Shown here: in pieces, positions 30,834 through 40,710 of the stretch
How the letters are laid out: each line of letters begins with the position of its first letter
Numbering within the stretch: the stretch's first letter is position 1
Source: Corallochytrium limacisporum Hawaii
Taxonomy: Eukaryota; Protista; Pluriformea
Reading direction: 5' to 3'
Length of the DNA: 64,000 bases
NCBI GenBank assembly: GCA_002811645.1
Contig: PDIP01000014.1
Span: forward strand, 121,633-185,632
The notes under the pieces: model-generated
The model's database searches: none
What the model saw: the letters and a program-made list of their open reading frames with translations, nothing else
Told to the model about the DNA's origin: nothing
Position numbers and translations under genes: made by a program

Positions 30834-33611
30834 TCACTCTTTGGTTAAAGATGTGTTTTGCAAATTTGGCTGGATCAGACCATGGTTGACAAGTGCATCG
30901 AGAGACTGTTGGATCAAACCCTGAATGTCATCACGGTCCTTCAGGAGCTGCTGAACCGCTAGCAACATCTCCAACCCCTGTTGATCAAGGAAGGAACTTG
31001 CAAATGTGTTGTCAGCCACTAAAACATTTCGTAGAATGTACAGACCACGGTGTTGGAGGTCAGCACTATCTGATTGGATAAGGCCAATTATGGTCTCTAA
31101 GGTCCTTGGATCAGCGCCTACCAGCACGGCGCCTTCTTTGATACCACTCAGCATGGCTACTCCACCACTAGCAGCGCGCGCCATTTCGACCTCTTCTGCT
31201 CCCGAAAATAGCAGCCACAAATGGATTTTAGAAGACGATGGTGGATCAGCGGCTTTGGATTGTTGTAAGTACCGCTCGACAACAGTATCATCGATAAGCA
31301 AATTGCACAATGCCTCAGTCGCAGCAGTTTGTATCTTTGGGTCTTCGTCAAGTTGTAGGTTCTCACACAGTGGTAGACCGTTCTCTGCGAGGATTTTTTT
31401 GCGCAACTCATCGCTTAGACTTGCAAGATTGGTTAGGGCCATGAGGCCTTCGAATTGTAGGAGCCGATGATTCTCAATGTTTAGCAGGGTCAGTAAAGGC
31501 CGGATCAGGTCAAGAGTTCGTCCGTTAGGAAAGGCAACATTGGGATCCATGCTAATGCAAACCTTGGCTAGCGCTTGGGCAACACAAGTCTGGGTCTCCT
31601 TTGCTTCAGAAGAGTGCAACAGGGTCAAGAGTGCGCGAGTTCCCCCCTGCTGAACAAGATAACCACGATGCTCAGGCTGACGCGCCACACGGTGCAAGAT
31701 AAGGGCTAACATTTGTTTCATATTCTCAGAGGACACGTCAAGGCTGAGATTGTACAGAATGGAAACGAGATGCATCTGCATAAGTCTATCGATACGAGCA
31801 TTGATTTTCGCTGGGTCATCCGCTGGCCCCTTCTCCACCACTTGCTCACCAGCGAACTTCCGCAGCTGTTGAACCTGCTCTTCTTCTTCGCTCTTACCAA
31901 TCTCCGACTCTGATGCATTTGTAAGGTTGAGAAGCAACATTCCAATCGCGTACTTCTGTGCCCCATCATTCTCCACCGAGAACCTTTGAAGCGCCGAAAT
32001 AACCTCAGTTTGGTCTATCAGGCGCTCCTTCACATCCCCATCCATAGACAAATATGCCAAGGCTTCGAGAGCCCACCGTCTGGCTGCTGCGTCGTCGGAT
32101 CGGTTCTTCGGATCTTCGTCCTCCTTGACGCTGTTTTGATGGTGTCGGATCAGAAGGTCTACAGCTGACTGCTCTAATTGTTGATTCACGTCACCAGAGA
32201 GAAGCTGTTTGCTTGGATCACCCTCTGCGAGACTCGACAGCTTTGAAAGTGCAATCAAAGCGCGAGATCGAATGGCTTCATTCTCATCGTTGATTAACAC
32301 CTTCAGCAAATCACCAGCTTCACCCAAGAAAACGGAAGTCCTGGACTTATCTTTGCTCACTGCATGACTGAGAGTTTCTGCAATTAGACTTTTGTCTTCT
32401 TCTTCTCCTCCCGCCATCAGGTTTTTCATCACATTGATTACCATTGTGGTATCATACAGTGACGTGTTAACAGCTGGCAGGCCTTGGATGCCAACGTCTA
32501 ACATGCGCAAGAACTTCGCTCCAGCATCTAGCTGTCCATTCTCAGCATCCTCTTTCACTCTTCCCAGACAGTACCGAATGTGGTCCAGGAATTCTTCCTC
32601 CTTGTCAAGCTCATTGGCCGGGCCGTGTAAACGGAAAAGAATGAAAGCCAATGTGTGCCGGAGTGTGCTATCCCCTACCTCTGCTTGTTTCATGACGGCA
32701 AGAATAGTGTTGAAATTGTAGAACAATGGTACTAGTTTCTCCTTGGATGTGCATGATGCAATGCAAGCCATTGAATTTTTCCCACTATCTTGCACAGCAT
32801 TCTCTGCCATGTTTGTGAGTTCCTTGATGGGCCCTTGTAGTGCTACTGGTGATCGCCCGCATGCCACCCAACCAAGCAGATACGCTTGCAACGTGAACTC
32901 ATATGCCACTGTAGCACTTTCGCCATTCTTACCTTCCCGGATGCCGCTCAACAGAGAGTCCACGGAGACTGTGTCAAGTACTGATTCCCTGCAACTGGAT
33001 TGCTCTAGCAGTGCACGTAGACCGCGCAGAGCATAGGGCGCAAAGTTGCCAAAAGGTTCGCGCTTCAAAGAGTCCGTCAGCACCTCAATACCTCCAGCTG
33101 ATTGAAATTTCGCACTCAGGCCATCATTGTGGCATATGGGAAGGATCTGTTGTCCGACAGTCTCTGCATCGGCCAAACTTATGTCGTCCTTTTTAATCTC
33201 CTTGATGATATCGTCATATTTGTTCTGGGCATTAATTGCCTTTACCCTATCCATCAAGGCCGTCGCAGCAGGATTGTTCGGCTCAAGAGCTATCAACCGT
33301 CGTAGATCGTCTAGTCCTCTTTCAAGATTGCCAACTTCCACATTGGCAGAGGCCCTGTAGTATAGAGCCTTCTTGTCACTGTTGTTTGAATGCAGGACGG
33401 TTGAGGCATCCGCAATAGCGTCCTCGTAGCTGTGCTTCTTCAGTTGACAAAGAGCTCGGTTCCTGTGCAAAGTCTGCTTTAGATCCTGTGTACAGTCTTT
33501 CTGCTGCAGGGCAGCTGTGTAACATTGGACAGCATCCGCCAGTTTCCCTGCAGAATATGCTTCGTTGCCTAGCGCCTTGAGACGTTCAGCCTCTGTACTG
33601 GCCTGCACCAT
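30834..33611 (-). CDS. UNC45: UNC-45 myosin chaperone (TPR + central + UCS domains)
   Basis: N-terminal TPRs (LKALGNEAY, HRNRALCQLK, KALYYRA). Central/UCS motifs ALEALAYLSMDGDVKE, RGYLVQQGGTRALL, AQALAKVCISMDPNVAF, LLQFEGLMALTNLAS, AATEALCNL, RAASGGVAML, LQHRG. Confidence 0.95.
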   Translation of the reverse strand: MVQASTEAERLKALGNEAYSAGKLADAVQCYTAALQQKDCTQDLKQTLHRNRALCQLKKHSYEDAIADASTVLHSNNSDKKALYYRASANVEVGNLERGLDDLRRLIALEPNNPAATALMDRVKAINAQNKYDDIIKEIKKDDISLADAETVGQQILPICHNDGLSAKFQSAGGIEVLTDSLKREPFGNFAPYALRGLRALLEQSSCRESVLDTVSVDSLLSGIREGKNGESATVAYEFTLQAYLLGWVACGRSPVALQGPIKELTNMAENAVQDSGKNSMACIASCTSKEKLVPLFYNFNTILAVMKQAEVGDSTLRHTLAFILFRLHGPANELDKEEEFLDHIRYCLGRVKEDAENGQLDAGAKFLRMLDVGIQGLPAVNTSLYDTTMVINVMKNLMAGGEEEDKSLIAETLSHAVSKDKSRTSVFLGEAGDLLKVLINDENEAIRSRALIALSKLSSLAEGDPSKQLLSGDVNQQLEQSAVDLLIRHHQNSVKEDEDPKNRSDDAAARRWALEALAYLSMDGDVKERLIDQTEVISALQRFSVENDGAQKYAIGMLLLNLTNASESEIGKSEEEEQVQQLRKFAGEQVVEKGPADDPAKINARIDRLMQMHLVSILYNLSLDVSSENMKQMLALILHRVARQPEHRGYLVQQGGTRALLTLLHSSEAKETQTCVAQALAKVCISMDPNVAFPNGRTLDLIRPLLTLLNIENHRLLQFEGLMALTNLASLSDELRKKILAENGLPLCENLQLDEDPKIQTAATEALCNLLIDDTVVERYLQQSKAADPPSSSKIHLWLLFSGAEEVEMARAASGGVAMLSGIKEGAVLVGADPRTLETIIGLIQSDSADLQHRGLYILRNVLVADNTFASSFLDQQGLEMLLAVQQLLKDRDDIQGLIQQSLDALVNHGLIQPNLQNTSLTKE

Positions 33612-33984
33612 GATGATGAGGGACTATATCAACCCGTGGTTTGCTCTAGATTATCTCACGTTGCACTTGTTCACATTTCCACCGGCGCTACAATGATTTT
33701 CCAACCAAAGATTTTGCATTGCGCTCGTGTATTGGTCATCCAAAAAGTCACGCCCAAGTACCCGTTCCATAGCATTAAGAAGGCTGTTGCATACCAACCG
33801 CGGCCAATTGTGGCTGTTTTCAATTGCGTCCCTAGCCACTCTAATCGTGCCCTACCCTCCCATATAAAATGTACTGAAAACATACAGCGACATGATTGGT
33901 CAAAAATGCAAGAAAACGATCAACCATTTGTAAATAATATTGGGTTGGGTTGTGATATTGATTTAAATTGGGGGTAGGTATTGA

Positions 33985-35643
33985 TCATTTCGATCGGGAC
34001 TGCTGGGCCAAGTACACCGCAATGGCAGTCAACAGGGACTTCCGGGGGAAAGGTGATGTACCAGAGCGGTCTTGAATGGCGGCATCGAGTGCCATACCCC
34101 AATGGTGCTGATTAAGAATGGCAATTGTTTTCGCATTGAATGGTTCTTGCGCAGGGTTCAAGGCCTTGTGAAGAGCGTGGTTGATAAAGCAGCTCCGGGC
34201 CATTCCAATCTGACTGTCGTTGCACTCCTGCCCACTTGTGCGAAGGAGTTGGTAATACAGATTCCGCAGTGTCACAAAGTCCACCGATTCTGATCGATAA
34301 ATGCCCACATTTGTGTTCATCTGGTGGACGTTGCCAGGACTGTAGGTGGGTTCGCCCATAGTGGCGGCCAAGCCTAGGTACTGAACATCTGTAGGAACAG
34401 TGTGCTGCTTCCAGAAGTCCAGTCGACTCTCCGTGGTTAGCGAGTCTGCGCCTGCGATGACAGCATTCACAAAGACTTCAAGGCGGTCAACGTTTTCACC
34501 ATACTCCTTTAAGGGGTTGGCGAAATTGAATTGCTTTACCATGAACTCGCTGAGCATTGTCAGCAGGGGCGATGCCCGTGGCACTGAGACAGACCATTCC
34601 TCATAGTTGAAACCGCGCTCTTCAGGAATGCGAATGGTTGTCAGCTTGCCCATTTCCACAACCGCAGATCCACCGCTCTTCATGAGTCCCATGAGGGCGC
34701 TACGCTTGCTTCCAGTGTCATATTTTTCTGCACTCTTCTTCCACTGTGCGACAATTTCCCGCAAGGCTTCAATGACACGATATGAGAATTCGTCTTCATT
34801 GTTAAAAGCAACATCTGCGGCCTCTGCACCATACAATGGGCCCCCAAGACTCACAATCGACTTCACCTGTGTTGACCATGGGTACTTACCAGCGTCTGCA
34901 CGGCTCTTCGCGAGGACCTCAAATGCCGTGTTGACGCCCCTGGAATAGCCTAGAAAGTGCACTGGGTGATCACTAGAAAGCGAGAGAACATCGAAAATGA
35001 TATTCAAACGACGTAGAAGTCTTTTACACAGTGTCCCCATATCCCCGAGGGACTCCAGTGACCCCAACACCGGACGGAGGTGTACCAACTTGACTATTGT
35101 CAGATCACCCTCGTCAAGACTGGCAACATCGAGAATGCTTTCGAGAGGGACTTCGTCCTCTGCGCATTTGTCGAGGTTGAACAACAAATCCGTTACATTC
35201 CCTTTGGCTGCAAGCTTTTCCTTGAACTCAATAGCAAATCGACTGTTCGCTCTTGCAGGGCCCTTCACAATGCTAGAAAAGGGACAGGTATCAACAAACT
35301 CTGCTACTACACCTGGGAATATGATAATGAGTGGTGCTGCCTCGTACGAAGGAATGGCACTCGCAATGAGAGTTTGTCTATCTCCAGATTGCTTTTCCGT
35401 TCCGCGATCTGAACCCTCCCGCCACAGTTGACCAGGAGTAATCTTTTTGTACGCCTTGCCGATGGAACTATCAAATTCTGAAGGGCTGCTGGCCTTCGCA
35501 GCCAAGATTGGATCTTGCACAATGTCAACAAGATCCTGTGTGGGTAGGAGCAACAGATCCTCTACAGCTGCCTTGACGTCATCGCCTTTCACAGCGTTGA
35601 ACAAGTTCCGAAAGGAGTTGACTTCCTCTGTATTCATCACCAT
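33985..35643 (-). CDS. Alpha/beta-hydrolase fold lipase/esterase-like protein
   Basis: Oxyanion-type IIIFPG, nucleophile elbow HFLGYSRG, SIVSLGGPLYG, candidate catalytic Asp in NDSQI and His in HHWG. Confidence 0.75.
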   Translation of the reverse strand: MVMNTEEVNSFRNLFNAVKGDDVKAAVEDLLLLPTQDLVDIVQDPILAAKASSPSEFDSSIGKAYKKITPGQLWREGSDRGTEKQSGDRQTLIASAIPSYEAAPLIIIFPGVVAEFVDTCPFSSIVKGPARANSRFAIEFKEKLAAKGNVTDLLFNLDKCAEDEVPLESILDVASLDEGDLTIVKLVHLRPVLGSLESLGDMGTLCKRLLRRLNIIFDVLSLSSDHPVHFLGYSRGVNTAFEVLAKSRADAGKYPWSTQVKSIVSLGGPLYGAEAADVAFNNEDEFSYRVIEALREIVAQWKKSAEKYDTGSKRSALMGLMKSGGSAVVEMGKLTTIRIPEERGFNYEEWSVSVPRASPLLTMLSEFMVKQFNFANPLKEYGENVDRLEVFVNAVIAGADSLTTESRLDFWKQHTVPTDVQYLGLAATMGEPTYSPGNVHQMNTNVGIYRSESVDFVTLRNLYYQLLRTSGQECNDSQIGMARSCFINHALHKALNPAQEPFNAKTIAILNQHHWGMALDAAIQDRSGTSPFPRKSLLTAIAVYLAQQSRSK

Positions 35644-35976
35644 GATGGCATTGTTAGCTTTCCAAAGCTACAATTCTCTTTTGACTCTTCTAACGGCGTT
35701 CAGCAATCAGTGCTAACTACTGCTTGTCCAGCTTCCTGACCCTGAAGTACGCGCATTCGTGCGCAGTGGCCGGGCCCATCTCCAAAGAACACTTCGACGG
35801 GGACAGCAATAGGAGAAAGTTTCGCTCGCAAGCCCAGGGAGGGAGGGGGAGAAGAAAGGAGAAGTTGATGACTTCTGAAGCCGTGAACGGTCCTATCCCA
35901 AAAAAATTGTGTATGGATTGTGTATGGCTAAAACTATGTATGTAATGAGAAGCATATGCGAGCGGATTCTAATGAT

Positions 35977-38259
35977 TTAGTTGGACTTGTTGCTCAGAGT
36001 GGCAGAGTTCACGCTCTGGTGTCGGGGTGTTGTTGAAGTGCGACGAAGTGGAATGAAGACGTGGGTGCGTGATGTGCGACGTTTTGCATTATTGTCGCCA
36101 TTGACCTTTTCCTCACGGGGTGAATTGATCGGAGCGGCCGGCATCGTTTGACGCATTTGCGACTGTCCCTGTTGACGAGGCGAAGGACTCTTATTGTCCA
36201 GAGATGCATTCAAGCCTGGTGGAATCTGAAAGTCAACACCGCGGCGGAAACTTGTCGTCGGATCCATGAGCTGCATTGGTGGCACCTGGATAGGTTCTGG
36301 ATCCGAGGTTTTACCAAAAGCGGGTAGTGCACGTCTACGAAGATCCAACACGATACGATCCAGGGCCATCTCAACTTCCAAGTGGGTTTTGATCTGAGTC
36401 ATTTTCTGGAATGCTTCTTGCTGGCCAATTCTTACACCAGCCTGAACACGTTCCCAATCGGGATTGGAGAGTACTTTACAGTAGTCCCACAATCTCATAT
36501 TAGGAATCAGGGTCACGTCACCAGTGTAATTCTGGTTGGTGATGTCGGCAAGTGTGGAGGGCCCGCCAAGCTCCTTGAGTTGCTGTAGGCGGTGTACTCC
36601 TTCCATGGCCAGAAGCTTGGATACTGCTTCCGGCAGAACGCTCGTGCGCAGCACAGGGTTTATATGGGGATTGATCTGCACTACAATGCTATGGTTGACA
36701 TTGAAAAGCTCTGCCAATCGTTGCAAAGGAATGTCCGCTTCAACTGAACCATCAGACCACTTTCCTCCGGATTCATTCCAGGAAACAATGTTGCCTTTAG
36801 AGTCCTTAGCCATTAGGTTAACTGGAGGGAAAAGACCAGGCGCAGCGCAGCTAGCACACACCCCAGACCACACCAAGACGTCTGGTGCCGTGATGTAATT
36901 GAGCAGGCGAGGGCCCTCATATCCATGACTACTGTTGATACTGACATTTAGGATACGACCAGTGAGATTGTAGGCTTCTTTAAATGTCAAGTCTCCAAGG
37001 TTTTTCCTCATGCTAGTTTGGAGATGTTCGGGGGTGCCCAGATACCCACTAGTAAGTAGACTTAGCCATTTACGAGCCAACGAGTACGTTTCACCATCAG
37101 GATTGAACATTTGGTAGTCGAAGCCGTCTTTCTCAAAGAGCTTCTGAGCAGCGGAATCACTACGGGTTGCAACCATAGCACCCAGAATTGCTCCACCCGA
37201 GCTGCCACAGATGATGCGAGGCAATACGTTTGCATCCAGCAGAGCTTTCACGACTCCCAAATGGTACAGTGCCATGGCACCTCCGCCAGACAAGATCAAG
37301 GCAGTTCTGCCATAAGCATGTCGCGTGTTTTCAAACACGGATAGTTTATCACTTGGACTCATACCCCCAATATCGTGGACCGCAAGATATTCCAATTGAT
37401 GGACAACCTCTGAGATATACTGTTCGATCAAAACTTTTGTGCCCACACAGGTCTGTGTATATAACCGAGTGTTCAAAATACCGCCAATGTTCCTCTTGAG
37501 ACCTGCTCTGAGCAAATGTAGCATCAATCCGTTATCCTCTGCTTTGCGTGCCTCACGCAATTCGTTCAGGCGATTGAAGATGAGGCGGTTGTTGTACTGG
37601 TTTGATTCATATTCCCACTTCCACTTTGCATTTCCAGTAAGCTTGTCGACTTGCTTACCTATCTGACAATACTCGTCGTAAGATTGTGCATTTCGTAGCT
37701 TCTCCCGCAGGCGTCTCAATTGCACACGATGCGGAAGCAACGAGTCCAACAATGAAGTCATCCAGTGACTTACAATGTCAGTAGCCATCTGGGTCCACGA
37801 CTCGTCTTCAAATGCAGACGTATCGCGGGAGATGGAGTCCATGCGTTCCAACGACTGGACGGCAGTGTTCTCTGCTTCGTCCTTGTCGAATTCTTTGAAC
37901 AACAGTGACCCATCCTCGCCAGCGGGGGGTCGGTACTTGGGTACCATTTTGTATGACGGTCCACCAATATCGGCGTAAAGGCTAGTTTTCCGCTCGAGAA
38001 CAAAGTGATTGGGCTCCTCATGCACAACATTGTACTGTGAGCCTTCTAGATCCTGGCTCCGACCATTTATGGGATCAATATCCTTCACATTTTCAAAATT
38101 GTTCGCAAAGGATCGCAATAGCGGTGAAGGAGGCTCCTGAGGCACCATGGGACTATCCGGACTCTTGGTAGTGTGAGCCAATGGGAATTGTCGTTTGCTC
38201 GTTGAGGGACCTGGATCTTCCCAGTGCCCGTTGGGCCTACCATTCACTTGTGCTACCAT
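35977..38259 (-). CDS. Patatin-like triacylglycerol lipase (Tgl3/4/5, SDP1 type, with DUF3336-like region)
   Basis: YGRTALILSGGGAMALYHLGVVKAL, GSSGG nucleophile, TFKEAYNLTGRILN, LLNYITAPDVLVWS, WSDGS, LAELFNVNHSIVVQINPH. Confidence 0.93.
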   Translation of the reverse strand: MVAQVNGRPNGHWEDPGPSTSKRQFPLAHTTKSPDSPMVPQEPPSPLLRSFANNFENVKDIDPINGRSQDLEGSQYNVVHEEPNHFVLERKTSLYADIGGPSYKMVPKYRPPAGEDGSLLFKEFDKDEAENTAVQSLERMDSISRDTSAFEDESWTQMATDIVSHWMTSLLDSLLPHRVQLRRLREKLRNAQSYDEYCQIGKQVDKLTGNAKWKWEYESNQYNNRLIFNRLNELREARKAEDNGLMLHLLRAGLKRNIGGILNTRLYTQTCVGTKVLIEQYISEVVHQLEYLAVHDIGGMSPSDKLSVFENTRHAYGRTALILSGGGAMALYHLGVVKALLDANVLPRIICGSSGGAILGAMVATRSDSAAQKLFEKDGFDYQMFNPDGETYSLARKWLSLLTSGYLGTPEHLQTSMRKNLGDLTFKEAYNLTGRILNVSINSSHGYEGPRLLNYITAPDVLVWSGVCASCAAPGLFPPVNLMAKDSKGNIVSWNESGGKWSDGSVEADIPLQRLAELFNVNHSIVVQINPHINPVLRTSVLPEAVSKLLAMEGVHRLQQLKELGGPSTLADITNQNYTGDVTLIPNMRLWDYCKVLSNPDWERVQAGVRIGQQEAFQKMTQIKTHLEVEMALDRIVLDLRRRALPAFGKTSDPEPIQVPPMQLMDPTTSFRRGVDFQIPPGLNASLDNKSPSPRQQGQSQMRQTMPAAPINSPREEKVNGDNNAKRRTSRTHVFIPLRRTSTTPRHQSVNSATLSNKSN

Positions 38260-40710
38260 GGCTTCTGGTCAATAATCCCGAGATTCCTTCTTTTGCATAA
38301 TCTATCTACCGTCGCAGTATATGTCCCTATTCCCAAAGATTCCTCAACCATAATCATCGTTTGACCTATCTCGACTCCATAGACAATTATTGCCTTCAAT
38401 TACGTTCCCTGCTCTATCCGACCAGATCCAAAGGCACTCAGCGACTCGTTAATATTTACCACAGCACACATACGTCCAACGGGTCATGTGTTCTGTTCGA
38501 ATGAGCCAAGAGTCCTGATGGGATCATAACATGGTTGTAAGCCTCCATAGTTGCCCAAAACCTGTCAACCCGAAGGAAGAAGAGACTGTGATGCTCGCTT
38601 GCGCTTTTTTTGGCTTTTCACCCTTCTCCCCTTGTCCTCCACCTACTGCTGCACGGGCCCTTGCAGCAACAGCCGCGGAAACCTTACACTTAACCCATAG
38701 TCAACGGCAATCCGGTCCGCAAATCGCTTGCCCTTTCTCACTTCTTCATTTCTTTTTTTTTTCCCTTCTGCGTTTCTCCTCCTCCCCCTTTCGCATTCTG
38801 TTTGGCAGCCAACAGAAAAATTGACTTTGACAGGAAAAGGGCAGCAGCAAGCAAGCAAGGAACGCCGGGCGAGAGACAGAGGCCGCAACACGCCAGGGGA
38901 ATGAGTACGATTTCAGTCATTGTTCCCTGATGGCATCACAGCTGCTAGTTTGGACAATATTTTGCTTCCGTGCTGAGCACTGAACGGTGCGGTTCCCGAC
39001 GGGAGGGCCAAACTGCCTCAAATGGGTGTTACCTTCATGTGCTGCTTTGGGAGACCGGGTCATTGGATGTCTCCTGGCCCTGATCGAATTTGCACCAGCC
39101 CTGAGCCGCGGTACATAGTGGCTCTCGCGGCCAGCTGTCGTAAGGCAAATTGGGTGCATGCGGAAGCCCCGTGGTCCCAAAAGCCAGCTGCGACGCTGGT
39201 TTCAGGAGCGGGTGGAAAAGAAAGGGGGGGGGGGGAAGAGATGGTTCATGTGACGACCCAACACTTAGTCGGACAGTTGTTGTTTGCCCCTAATGTTCAC
39301 TATGGAAAGCGCGACCCGGTGAGATGGAACGATATAAGTAGCGGCGGCACAGCGGGCTAAGGGCTAGGTGCCTGCTCCCATTCTGATCCTTAGTGGCTCA
39401 AACAAATCCTTGACAACAAAAGAAACTGACAGATTAGGTGCATTCATACGGTACTAAAAATAGGCAAGGGTGCTTTCAGCCGGCCAGCCTTGCCCATCAC
39501 AACGGTAAAGGGATGGGGTCTGACTGCTGCGGACGGGTAGGCTGTTTGCCGTCTAACGCGGACAAATAGTCAATACTGAATGGCTCGTACTCTTTCTTCT
39601 TCGCCGTGAACTTGCAATTGATCTGACGAAAATCACATCATCCCTTGTCATTCCGGGGGGCGGGGCATTTGTCATATAGAGAGATTGGTGGAATAGATCA
39701 GCTGTATTGCATCACAGCAATCTCTCTCCTTCTGTGTGATGGAAGGGATTGTGAACGCAGACATGTGCGGCCTTCAGAGCCACTTGATTTGCCACACGGA
39801 GGTGGGACTAAAATGTTTGAAGTATATTTTCGATTCATGTCACCCGAATGGCCGGGGATTTCCTTTGTATCTTCCTTAGTGAAGACGACTGTCGGGTGAC
39901 TATTCGCCATCGGTCAATCATGCAACTCCGGTACTATCAGCGCAGGTGGATGACAGCCCCACAGCTTTTCATGAGCCAATCGTTCAGCAGAAACACCGAT
40001 AGTATATGAGAATCCTAACAATAACGTTCGTGAGGGTGTAAACTGATGAACAAATGGAGGAATCACTGAAATGGATGAGATAGTTCGCTGCCTCACCCGC
40101 CATGTCCCCCACCCCCCCACCCTTCCCCCGGGGAGGGGGAGGAGTATGTGACACGAACCGCACCTCTGCCACGGACAAGACTCACCATTCAATACAGCGA
40201 CAGCACTGCGCGCACTGGAGCAGCTCCTAAAACCCCACACCACACCAAAATCACATGGGTTAGGACTCTGTGTGCGGGTTCACGATGACGCCAGTGATAA
40301 AACGTATTGCGCCGGGAGAGTTTTTGTTCTTATGGGTCCCCCTTCACAACTTCTGGTACATACGTCCTGTAAGTGGTCGGAGCGTTCAAGTACCCCTACA
40401 AAAACTTCACAGTTGCGCTGTTGGCTGCCGCTGTGTTCACGCGAAAGATCGGCTTGAATAGACGTACAAGTAGCATTGCTTTGAGTGTAGAGCTTGGAGC
40501 CACCAGCGCCTTAGCCAAATTAGGAAGGAAAGGTCGCCCTGGGATCCAGCCCAGCTATGCGTAAGGCAGACTGGCCCGGTGCAACTGTTGCATCCGGGCC
40601 CAGCGGTCGAGAATCTCTGTCTACACCAGACCAGTGGTTAAGATGTATATCATGCATGGATACAATACATGCCACGATTTGCTTGTGTTACACTTTAATT
40701 CGTTTGAAGT

